A stretch of DNA of 64,000 bases from the human T2T-CHM13v2.0 reference genome, Homo sapiens. A program made the translations under genes and the position numbers. The stretch lies in the NCBI RefSeq assembly GCF_009914755.1, contig NC_060937.1. One strand, given 5' to 3'. This document shows, piece by piece, positions 52,118 through 64,000 of this stretch. How positions within the stretch are numbered: position 1 is the first letter of the stretch; each line of letters opens with the position of its first letter. The notes under the pieces were generated by a model. The model was not told where the DNA came from and made no database searches. It was given only the letters and a program-made list of their open reading frames with translations.

Positions 52118-54863
52118 CCCACATGCACCACTTTTTTCAACATAGTACTGGAAGTCCTAGCTAGAGAAATTACACCAGAGAAAGAAATAAAGAGCATCCA
52201 AATTGGAAGAAGTCAACTTATTCATGTACACAGACAATATAATCTTCTATTTAAAAAATCCTGAAGGCTCTACCAAAAAAAATTTTATAGAACTAATGAA
52301 CAAATTCAGTAAAGTTTCAAGACACACAGTCAACTTATAAAACTCAATAGCATTTCTGTAGAAAGCAGTGAATACTCTGAAAAGGAAAACAAGAAAGCAA
52401 TCTCATATACAACAGCTGCAAATAAAATAAAATACTTAGGAATAAACTTAAACAAAGGAGTAAAAGATATCTACAATGAAAACCATAACACATTAATAAA
52501 AGAAACTGAAGAGGATTCAAGAAAATGAATATTCCATGTTCATAGATTGAAAGAATTAATATTGTTAAAATGTCTATTCTACACAAGCAATCTACAAATT
52601 TGATGTGATTTCTATCAAAATGCCAATGACATTCTTCACAGAAACAGGAAAAAATCCTAAAATGTATATGGAACTGAAAAACACCCAGAATAGCCAAAGC
52701 AATCCTGAACAAAAAAGAAGAAAGCAAGACACATTACATTGCTTGATTTCAAATTATAGTATAAAGCTATAGTAACTAAAAAAGTATGCTATTGGCATAA
52801 AAACTGACATATAGATTTTTTTTTCCTCCAACATGACAGATGGGAGGCACTGTTAGGGTGCCTCTCCCACTTGGAAGGACAGAATAGTGTATATAGATTC
52901 ACACTGTGAACCTTGTTCCAAGAAAAAAATGCAGAAACTTGACAGGAACCAAAAGAATCCAGACCCTTTCAAAGAAGTGACAGGCAGCAGACTATTCTGT
53001 GAGACAGGTGATAAATTGTTAAGTCCCTAGAGTGTGAGAGAGAAAGAGACTGCCTCCAGGATACACATCCCTGCCAGATAATCTAAAACTTCAGGCCACA
53101 AGAGAAGGCTTTAATTCTACCCAGAGCTGGAACTGACTTAGGGAGTGGCATGAAATATAAAAGCAGAAGAAATGGCAGGAAGTGTCTTCTAGGCATTGTA
53201 AATTTCTAGCATGGACTGATGGAAGCTATTTCTAATTATACCTGAAAGGGGACACGAGGGAAGTCAGTCAACTAGCTCAGAAAGGCGTTGCAAGGTGACA
53301 GTTCCCAACCGAATTTTGTGAAATAATCTCGAGTGGGAATGATGTTACTTGACCAGGACCCAGGAGGTGAGCAGGAAGTATACTGCAGACACATACACAG
53401 GAGCTGGGTGCCCAACCTTGTGGGCAGACAGGGAGGGGATGTGACCTAAAAGCTGCAGTTGCTATCTCTGTGGGGAAGCTAATGGCCTGTGGCAGGTCTG
53501 AGTTCTGTGTGCAGGTTGCCTGGATCTTAACCCAGTGATGTAAGTGGAGCACTGCAGGAGAGAGATCTGCCTTGCCAACCACCTGACAGCTGGGTAATAC
53601 TTACTGCCACCTACTACTTCCCACTCCCTTTGTGAACTCTTCTGTTCAACAGAGGCAGTTATACATCCCTCTGGAACATGACCCCAATTACCTGAGAACC
53701 ACCCATCACCCTCACAATGGCTGCAGCTTGCCCCTCTCATGGAAAGTCAGAGTGCAGACCCAACTAACACTGCCCCCACCTGGTTGTGCCCCTCCACCCT
53801 CTCTGGTAGTTTAACACAAAGGGCATAAACTTTTGGGAGCTTTATAGCCCCAGTAATCATCTGAGAAAACAGAATACTTCCATTGGGCAAAGTGGGGCAA
53901 ACTCAAATCCCACTACTACTGCTGCTGCTGGTGCTCTTTTACAAGTGTCATGTCCTGGCTGGAGGCCAACTAACACAGTCTATTACACAATCTCTAGTTA
54001 CAATAAAATGGCACCTAGAAAGGAGAAAAGGCAGGCTATCACCACTAGCTGCAATACCCTGACTAACCAGAGATCCTGAGTCTATCCACATGACAAGTTT
54101 GCTACTATCATAACCAGCACTTGGGAAAGCCAGCACGCTAAGCCTATCTACCACCAAGGAATCTCACAGAGACTGTCACTCCCCTGGCACCCCCATAAGA
54201 CCTTGTGCAGGTACCCATTGCTGGGAAACATGAAGACAGGTCACATCAATGGATCTCTTACAGACATTCCCCAGCACCAGCCCAGACTATGGCAGCCCCA
54301 TTGGAGGGCTAGACCTAGAAGAGGAATAACAACCACTGTAGGCTGGCTCTCAGAAACTCTTACTCCTAGGGGAAGTGGGAGAGCACCATATCAAGGGAAC
54401 ACCCTCATGGGACAAAAGAATCCAGATGGAAGGCCTTGAGTCCCAGATCTTTCTGCTGGTGGGAAGTTTCTTTCAGCAAAGACACAATTAGTGTTGGATA
54501 CAGCAGGAAAAGTCTGCACCTCTACTCCAACAGTCAGGCCAATTTCATGCACATAATGGGTCTTTGAGAATGGGTTCTTATTCACCCTTTATCTACCACT
54601 GCAGACACAGCTGGGGATACTCCCACTGAAACTCAGCATGGATGTAACTATAGGCAGCTGTTCTGGAACAATTCAGGGTGATTGCATCCCCAGAGGAGGA
54701 GTACTCCCAAGTTCAGGATTGCACAAGAGACAGAGTCACAATTTCTCCCTACTAGGAACATCAAAATTTCTACAGATAAAAATAGGTGCCTGTTTGATCT
54801 GAATAGCTGGAACACTGGAACAGGAGTGAGGATGGGAGGTGCATAGGATTCCTGCTGGCACTT

Positions 54864-55631
54864 AGCAGAACCACTGATAAGGGTCCAACAAAGATCATAG
54901 GGCAAAGGGCAAAAGCAGAACCACTGATAAGGGTCTATGTTCAGCGGTGCACATATTGTCTTGATAAACATCTTAAACAACAGAAAACAGGGTTCAAGAG
55001 CAGAGAACCGGTCTGACCACAGATTCACCAGGGTGGGGTTTTCCCAACCCTAGTAAGCCTGAGGGTTCTGCAGGAGACCAGGGCTTATCTCTGTCCTTAT
55101 CTCAAATGCACAAGACAGACATTCCCAGAGTGGCTGTTTATAGACCTCCCCCCAGGAATGCATTCCTTTCCCAGGGTATTAATATTAATATTCCTTGCTA
55201 GGAAAAGAATTTAGCGATATCTTGCCTACTTGCAAGTCCATTTATAGGCTCTCTGCAAGAAGAAAAATATGGCTCTTTTTGCCTGACCCTGCAGGGAGTC
55301 AGACCTTATGGTTGTCTTCCCTTGTTCCATAAAAATCGCTGTTATTCTGTTCTTTTCCAAGGTGCACTGATTTCATATTGTTCAAACACATGTTTTACAA
55401 TTAATTTGTACAGCTAACACAATTATCACAGCGGTCCTGAAGTGATGTACATTCTCAGCTTACGAAGATAACAGGATTAAGAGATTAAAGTAAAGACAGG
55501 CATAAGAAATTATAAAAGTATTATTTGGGAACTGATAAATGTCCATATTAAGATGAAATCTTCACAATTTATGTTCCTCTGCTGCGGCTCCAGCCAGTCC
55601 CTCCGTTTGGAGTCCCTGACTTCCCATAACA
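54864..55631 (-). mobile_element. MER11 (HERV-K11/HML-8 LTR, MER11A-like) with its 3' end missing
   Basis: Minus strand starts TGTTATGGGAAGTCAGGGACTCCAAACGGAGGGACTGGCTGGAGCCGCAGCAGAGGAACATAAATTGTGAAGATTTC; internal 50-bp-period repeat agcagaaccactgataagggtc. Confidence 0.92.
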
Positions 55632-58516
55632 TTCGCCCTGGTAAAACCTCATTGCATCTAATTGAGAGCTCCCCCAGCCACTTCCATCAAGGCTGGGACC
55701 TCTTCCCACCATTGGGTATTGCATCTACTTACCTGCTTTATCTACAACAAGTTTCTCCCCAGGAATACCTCCACTGGCCCGAAGCCTGAACCATTAATGC
55801 AGTAAATACAATACCAGGGAAAAATTAAATAAATGCAAAAGTGTACACCACAGGGGAATGAAATAAACTTCAAGAGATTCTTGTCATTCCTACCCTATAT
55901 GAGACAGTGATCTTTCCCACACTCCGAATACATAACTACTACAAGCAGCATTTCAGAAAGCCAGTACACAAAGACTATTTATAACCAAGGAGCTCATACA
56001 GCATCTTTACCCCTAAATGCACCAAGAACCAAATTAGTCTATAATAAACTATAAACATTAAAATCACATGCTTAAGAGGGAAAAAAAGAAATTTAAAAAA
56101 CCATAGTCAAATAAAAAATCAATTCAAGAACAATTTGAAGAAAGTCTACACAGATGAGAAGAAACAAGAAAAGTAATTCTGGTAATATGACAAAATAGGG
56201 TTCTATAACAACGCAGAAGGTTACACTACCTCTGTAGCAATTGGTCCAAACTAAGATGAAATATTTGAAATACCAGAAAATGAATTCAGAAAGCTGATTA
56301 TTAAGCTACTGAAGGAAATACTAGAGACAGGTGAAAACAAACATAAAGAAATTTAAAAAACAATGCAGGATATAAATGAAACAATTTTCAGAGAGGCGAA
56401 CAGCATAAAGAAAACCAAATAGAACTTCTGGAAATGAAAGATGTGCATAGGAAAATACAAAATGCAGTAGAAAGTTTCAATAATAGACTACAACAAGTAG
56501 AAGATGAATTTTAGAGCTCAAAGACAAGGCTTTTGAATTAACCAAATCAGACAAAGATAAGGAAAAAAGAATCAAAAGAAATGAACAAAGTCTACAAGAA
56601 ATATGGGATTATGTAAAATGTCCAAACCTAAGAATAATTGGTGTTCCTGAGAGATAAGAAAATGCTAAATGTTTGAAAACTGATATCTGAAAAATTTATA
56701 ACAAAAAAAATTACCACCAAAGCACATAGTTAGCATGCTATCTAAAGTTGACACAAAAGAAAGAATTATAAAAGATGTGAGACAAAAGCATTAGGTAACC
56801 TATAAAGAAAAACCTATCAGACTAACAGCGGACTTCTCAGAAGAATCCTTACAAGCTAGAATGACTTGGGGAACTATCTGTAGCCTCCTTAAACAGAATA
56901 ATTGTCAGCCAAGAATTTTGTATTCAGCAAAACTAAGCTTTATAAATGAAAGAGAGAGAGTATTTTTCAGACAAACAAATGACGAGGGAATTTGTCACTA
57001 TCAAACCAGCACTACAAAAAATGCTAAAAAAGAGTTCTAAATCTTAAAACAAAAGCTTGATATTCACCAGAAAAAAAAAATCCTTCTGGAAGCATAAAAC
57101 TCATAGGGCCTATAAAACAACAATACAATTATAAAACCATATAATGTAGGTAACAACTTACTTGGTGACAAATACTGTAGATCCCAGATTTATAACACAA
57201 TTACTACTAGACCTAAGATCTGAGATAGCAACACAATAATAGTGGGAGAACTTCAATACTCCACTGACAGCACTAGATAGATCATTAAGATAGAAATTCA
57301 ACAGAGGAACAGTGGACTTAAGCTATACTTTAAAACAAATGGACTTAACAGATATTTACAGAACATTATTTCCAACAACTGCAGAATATACATTCTCCTC
57401 ACCTGCACATGGAACATTTTCCAAGATAGGCTGTATTATCATATGGCCATAAAACAAGTCTCAATAAATTTAAAAAATTGAAATTATATCAAGTATATTC
57501 TTAGACAATAGTGAAATAAAACTGGACATCAACTCCAAAAGTAACCCTCAAAACTATAGAATTACAAGGAAATTATATAATCTGCTCTTGAATGATTTTT
57601 TTAGTTAACAATGAAATCAAGATGGAAATTTGAAAATTCTTTGAAGTGAATGATAATAGTGACACAACTTATTAAAACCTCTGGGATACAGCAAAAGCAG
57701 TGTTAAGAGAAAAGCTCATAATGTTAAATGTCTACATTAAAAAATCTGAAAGAGCACAAGTGGCAACCTGATGTCACACCTAAGGAACTAGAGAAACAGG
57801 ATCAAACTAATCCCAAAGCCAGCAGAAGAAAGGAAATAATAAAAGTCAGAGCAGAACTAAATGAAATTGAAACAAAAAAATACAAAAGGTGAATGAAGCA
57901 AAAAGCTGGTTCTTTGAAAAGATAAACAAAATTGATACACCATTAACAAGATTAACCAAAAAAAGAAGAGAGAAGATCCAAAAATAAAACTGGAGATATT
58001 TCAACTGATACCACAGAAATGTAAATGATCATTCAAGATTTCTATGAACATCTTTACATGCACAAACTAGAAAATCTAGAGAAAAAAGATAAAATAATAA
58101 ATTCCTGGAAGCATATAACACTCTAGATTAGATCAGGAAGCAGTAAAAACCCTAAGCAGACCAACAACAAGCAGCAAGACTGAAATCAGTAATTAAAAAA
58201 AAATTGCCAACACAAAAGTTCAATACCAGATGGATTCATAGGTGAATTCTACAAGATATCCAAAAAAGAATTGGTACAAATCCTACTGAAACTATTCCAA
58301 AAGATAAAGAGGAATTTCTCCCTAAATCATTCTATGAAGTGAATATCACCCTAATACCAAAACCAGGAAAGGACATAACAAAAAAAAGAAAAAAGAAAAC
58401 TACAGACCAACATCCCTTATAAACCTAGATAGAAAAATCCTCAACAAAATACTAGGTAACTGAATCCAACAGCACATCAAAAAGATAATATATAGTGATC
58501 AAGTGGGTTTCATCCC

Positions 58517-59207
58517 ATGATGCAGGGATGGTTTAACATACACAAGTCAATAAATATGATAGATCACATAAGCAGAATTAAAAACAAAAACCAGATGATC
58601 ATCTCAATAGATGCAGAAAAAGCATTTAATAAAATTCAGCAGCACTTTAGGATAAAAACACTCAACAAACTAGGCATAGAAGGGACTTACCTCAAGATAA
58701 TAAAAGCCATGTATGACAAACCCACAGCCAACATGATACTAAATTGGGAAAAGTTGAAACATTCCCCCTGAGAACTAGAGCAAGATAAAAATGTCCATTC
58801 TACCACTGCTATTCAACATAGTACTGAAAGTCCTGGCCAGAGCAATTAGGCAAGAGAAAGAAATGAAGGGCATCCACATTGTAAAGGAGGAAGTCAGACT
58901 GTTGCTATTAACCAGTGATATGTTTGCATATCTAGAAAACCCTAAAGACTCATCCAAAAAGGTCCTATATCTGATAAACAAATTCAGTAAAGTCCCAGGT
59001 TACAAAATCAGCAACACAAATTATTGCAATGCGATACACCAACAACAAACTGAGAATCAAATCAAGAACTCAATCACTTTTACAACAGTTGCAAAAATAA
59101 TAAAATACCTAGGAATATACTTAACCAAGGAGGTAAAAGTTCTCTTTAAAGCAGGCAAGCCATGTAGAAGAATGAAACTAGATGCCCATCTCACTCAAGA
59201 TAGATAA
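58517..59207 (+). pseudogene. Disrupted L1 ORF2 reverse-transcriptase remnant
   Basis: [12 protein letters not shown]...[13 protein letters not shown]...[19 protein letters not shown]; the FADD catalytic motif reads LTSD; stops, frameshifts and a large deletion near 59148. Confidence 0.93.
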
Positions 59208-61474
59208 GAGACTTAAATCTAAGACCTGAAACCATAAAAATCCTTGAGGATAACATTGGAAAAATACTTCTAGACAGTGGCCTAGGCAAATAATTCATGA
59301 CTAAGACCCCAAAAGCAAATGTAAAAATAAATAAATAAATAGGACCTAATTAAATTATAAAGCTTCTGCACAGCAAAAGAAACAATCAGCAGAGTAAACA
59401 GAAAACCTAAAGCATGGGAGAAAATATTTACAAACCATGCATCTGACAAAGAATTTAGTATCCAGAATTTACAAGAAACTCAGACAAATTAGCAAAAGAA
59501 AAACAAATAATCCCATCAAAAAGAAGACAAAGGACATGAATAGAAATTTTTGAAAAGAAGATATACAAACAGCCAACAAACATGAAAAAATGCTCAACAT
59601 CGCTAATCATCAAGGAAATGCAAATTAAAACTACTCTTGCCAGAATGGCCATAATTTAAAAGTTAAAAAACAATAGATGTTGTCGTGGATGTGGTGAAAA
59701 GGGTACATTTTTACACTGCTGGTGGGAATGTAAATTAGCACAACCACTATGGAAAACAGTATGCAGGTTCCTTAAAGAACTAAAGGTAGATCTATCATTT
59801 GAACCAGCAATCCCACTACTGAATATCTACCCAAAGGAAAATAAATCATTATATGAGAAAGACACACATACAGCATGATTATAGGAGCACAATTTGTAAT
59901 TGCAAAACTATGGAACCAACCTAAGTGCCCACTGACTGAAGAGTGAATAAAGAAAATGCAGTATATATACACCATGGAATACTGGTCAGTCATAAAAAGG
60001 AATTAAATAATGTCTTTTGCAACAACTTGAATGGAGCTAGAGGTTATTATTCTAAGTGAAGTAACTTAGTAATGGAAAACCAAATACTATATGTTCTCAC
60101 TTATAAGTGGGAGTTAAGCAATGAGGATGCAAAGACATATGGAGTGAGGTAATGAACTTTGGTGACTTAGTGGGGAAGGTTGGGAAGGGGATGAAGGATA
60201 AAATACTATACATATTAGGTACAGTGTACACTGCTCGAGTGATGGGTGCATGAATATCTCACAATTCACCATTAGAGAACTCACCCATGTGACCAAAAAT
60301 CATCTGTATCCCTAAAACTATTGAAATTAAAAAAACAATAATTAAAAACAGACAGACCAATGGAAGAGAATAGAGAACCCAGAAATAAATCAATGCATTT
60401 CCAATGAACTCATTTTTAACACAGGTGCCAAGACCATACATTGGGGAAAGAAAAGTCTCTTCAATAAATAGTGCTGGGAGAACTGGATATCCATATATAG
60501 AAGAATGAAACTAGACTCCCCTTACCATATAGCAAAATCAACTTGAAATGGATTAAAGACTTTAATCATAGACCTGAAACTATGAAACTACTAGAGAAAA
60601 CATTCAGGAAACACTTCAGGACATTGGTCTGAGCATTTCTTGAATAAGTCATCAAAAACACAGACAACCAAAGCTAAAATGGACAAATGAGATTATACCA
60701 AGCCAAAAAGCTTATCCACAGCCAAAGAAACATCAATAGAATGAACAGGTAACCCACAGAGTGGCAGAAAATATTTGCAAACTACCATTTGACAAGTTAT
60801 TGAAAGCCAGAATTAAAAAGGAGTTCAATCAATTCAATAGAAAAAAATAACATGATTTAAAAAATGGACAAAATATCTGAAAAGATGTTTCTCAAAACTA
60901 AATATACAAATGACCAACAGGTATATGAAAAAATGCTGAACATCACTAATCATCAGAAAAATGAAAATAAAATCTACAATGAACTATCATCTCACACCAG
61001 TTAAACTGGCTTTTATACAAAAGACAGGCAACAAATGCTGGTTAGTATGTGGTCTCATACATTGTTTTGGGGAATATAAATTAATACAGCCCCTATGGAG
61101 AACCATGTGAAAGTTTCTCAAAAAACTAAAAATAGAACTACCTGATAATCCAGAAATCCCATTACTGGGTACTTACTCAAAAGACAGACAATCAGTACGT
61201 CAAAGAGATATCTGCACTTCCATGTTTATCGCAGCATGATTCACAATAGCCAAGATATAAAATCAACTTAAGTTCCCATCAATGGATGAATGCAATAAAA
61301 AATATAGTTCATATAAAGCATGGAATATTATTCAGCCACAAAAAAGAACAAAATCCCTTCAATTGTAGCAACATGGATGGGACTGGAGGACATCAAATGA
61401 ACTAAGCAAGGCACAGAAAGGCAAACATTGCATGTTCTTACTAATATGTGAGAGGTTATATATATATATATATT

Positions 61475-61680
61475 TGCTCTTGAATGATTTTGGGGTTAAC
61501 AATGAAATCAGGATGGAAATTTGAAAATTCTTTGAAGTGAATGATAATAGTGACACAACTTATTAAAATCTCTGGGATACAGCAAAATCAATGTTAAGAG
61601 AAAAGTTCATAGTGTTAAGCATCTACATCAAAAAATTTGAAAGAGCACAAATGACAACCTAATGTCACACCTCAAGGAAC
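61475..61680 (+). repeat. Direct local duplicate of L1PB ORF2 segment 57583-57788, inserted in the L1MA 3'UTR
   Basis: Hand alignment: about 17 substitutions and 2 gaps over ~207 columns (~91%). Confidence 0.88.
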
Positions 61681-62682
61681 AGAACTTTCTCAAAACATTC
61701 CCATTTCTCAAAACACTTACATTGCCAAAAATGATGGTTTTCAGAGGTTGGAAAAGGGTGTGAGGAGAGAAGACTAAAAGAGGGTTGTTAATGGAGCAAA
61801 ACACAGTTAGAATAAATAAGATCGAGTTTTCGGTAGCACCATGGGGCAACTATAGCTAATAATTTATTATATATTTCAAAATACCTAAAAGAGTGAAAAT
61901 GGAATGTTCGTAACACACAAAAAAGTGATAAATGCTTGAGGTCATGGATACCCCAATTACCCTGATTTAATTATTACACATTGTATGCTTGTATCAAAAT
62001 ATCACATGTGCCCCCAAAATATGTAAAATTATGTACCCATAATAATTAAAAATCAGTAAAATAAGATAAAATAGAATTACCACCTTTATGTCTTTACTTG
62101 TTATAGGCCTGTTTAAATTTCCTAAAATTAGTTTTGAAAGTTAATGTCTTTTTCAAAAATTTTATCTAAGTTGTCTAATTTGTTGCCAAAACTTTGTTCA
62201 TAATATTCCCTTCTTAATTTCTTTAATATTGGCAGTGATATCCTCTATTTACTGGTTTTGGAAATCTTTGTCCTATTTATTTTTATCAATTTTTTTCTCA
62301 AAAAAACAAAACTTCTGAGTTTATCAATTTCTCTCTGTCTCTTAAAATGTTTTCTGTTATTGATCTTCACCAATTTTAATGTTTTCCTTCTCCTGCTTGC
62401 TTTGGGTTTCCTTTGATCTTATCTTTCTAGTTTCTTAAGATGACAACTTAGTTATTGATTTGAGGACTTTCTTCTTTTCTATATAGTTGTTTAATGCTTT
62501 GAGTTTCCATTTTAACTCATGTTTTAGCTGTATCCTACGAGACATATTGTATTTTCATTAAATTTTAAAAATTGTATGGGTTATCCTTCAGAATATTTCA
62601 TGTGTGCTTGTAAATAATGTGTATTCAATAATCAGTGGGTGAAATGTTCTATATATGTTACCTAGATCAATTGAAAAAATCT

Positions 62683-63031
<349 letters not shown>

Positions 63032-63404
63032 TTACTGTTTTATTACTCTCTCAATTACTGAGAAGGTAATACTGAAATCTGCAAATGTAATTGGTGATTT
63101 CCTATTTCTCCTTTCAATCCTGTTAATTTTTTTCCTCAGGTACTTGCTATTTTCTTATTAGGTGTGTATGTATTTGTAAGTGTTAGGTCTTCAAACTTTT
63201 CTGTGTTCTTCAGATTAGATAATTTCTGTTGATCTATCTTCATGTTCAATTATCTTTCTTCTGCCTATTTTATTAGCTGCTAAGCTCTTCTAGTATATCT
63301 TCTGTTTTGATAATTGTTATTTTCAACTCTAGATATTCTATTTTCTTTCCTTTTATAGTCTCTATTTCCTTACTGAAATTCTATATTTGTCTTATTATTG
63401 TAAT

Positions 63405-63446
63405 TATTTTTCAATACTTAAAACATATTTTTCAATACTTAAAACA
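63405..63446. repeat. Perfect 21-bp tandem duplication (tatttttcaatacttaaaaca x2)
   Basis: Read directly from the sequence. Confidence 0.95.
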
Positions 63447-64000
63447 TTTTCTTTTGTTCTTTGAACATATTTATTATAACTGCTTTGAAAGCATTTTCTA
63501 TTAAATCCAACATCTGATCACACTCAGAGTTCATTTCTATTTACTACTTTTGTGTTCTGAGGATGAGTTTTTTTTTTAATATTTTTCACTCATAATTTTT
63601 TGAGAAGTATATCCTTAGATATTATGTCGTATAATCTCCAGATTCTCCCTTTTTTCTGAAATTTTAAAAGTTGGCTGTATTTAATCTGCAAATTATTTGT
63701 CCTGAGAAATACAACCACTGATGTCTCCACTCAGTAATTTTTGTCTCATTTTCATTTTTAATTCTAAATTCCTAGGGGTTGCTCCTGTGTCTGCATAGCC
63801 TAGTAGTTAACCAGTGATTAGACAGAGCAATATCTTCAAGCTTATAAAACTTCTACCTCACGGGTGTAGATTAATGTGTGGGTTGAGACATTCATTTGAT
63901 GTTTAAGCAATTTAAATATCTGCCTCAGGTTTTACTTTGTATTGGAGCTCTTCTGGGTGTTACCAGCACATGCCTGTAGTTTCCCGGTCATTCAGGTATA

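Larger units (their letters stand above)
52826..60344 (+). mobile_element. Near full-length, decayed L1PB (L1PB2/3-like): long 5'UTR, ORF1 from ~56154, ORF2 to ~60100, 3'UTR and A tail
   Basis: 5'UTR gcctctcccacttggaaggacaga; ORF1 start atgagaagaaacaagaaaag; L1PB 3'UTR gtacagtgtacactgctcgagtgatgggtgca; TSD-like taaaaactgaca/taaaaacagaca. Confidence 0.92.
49989..62072 (+). mobile_element. Originally full-length L1MA-type element (5'UTR ~49989-51335, ORF1 start, ORF2 pieces 52118-52815 and 60345-61400, 3'UTR to 62072); hosts MSTA and L1PB
   Basis: 5' end gagcaagatggctgaatagaa; ORF1-like peptide in 51340-51549 (ICGLSDRKFKIAILRKLNELQ); approximate TSD aaaattacca/agaattacca. Confidence 0.85.

Noticed and set aside
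54864-54935. 22-bp direct repeat with a 28-bp spacer, superficially CRISPR-like
   Set aside because: Only two copies, part of the internal repeat of a MER11 LTR in a mammalian genome
56154-60100. Possible active L1
   Set aside because: Many stops, frameshifts and deletions (near 56680, 57170 and 59148) and a broken RT catalytic motif

Overview
AT-rich, repeat-dense primate genomic DNA, very probably human because it carries a near-pristine AluYa5-lineage insertion. It looks intergenic or deep-intronic. I can support no intact protein-coding gene, RNA gene or CpG island: the longer ORFs are decayed L1 ORF1/ORF2 pieces, read-throughs of Alu/LTR sequence, or low-complexity artefacts. The window holds L1s of many ages (L1ME/MC/MB/MA/PB/PA), L2, MIR, Alus, MaLR LTRs (MLT1, MST, THE1, including one full-length THE1 provirus), ERV1/ERVL/ERVK LTRs and DNA-transposon fossils. 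From about 41.2 kb to the end, one old minus-strand L1MB is broken up by about ten nested insertions. I found no new gene-encoded biological system. The most unusual signal is three separate 100-200 bp segments copied from 1.4-6.3 kb away inside the window and inserted into unrelated repeats without target-site duplications (TSDs); these look like local templated insertions left by break repair. There are also three L1s with twin-priming-type 5' inversions and several hairpin or tandem micro-rearrangements. Repeat names come from my recall of consensus sequences and need RepeatMasker/Dfam confirmation. Boundaries of old elements are approximate, and identities were counted by hand.
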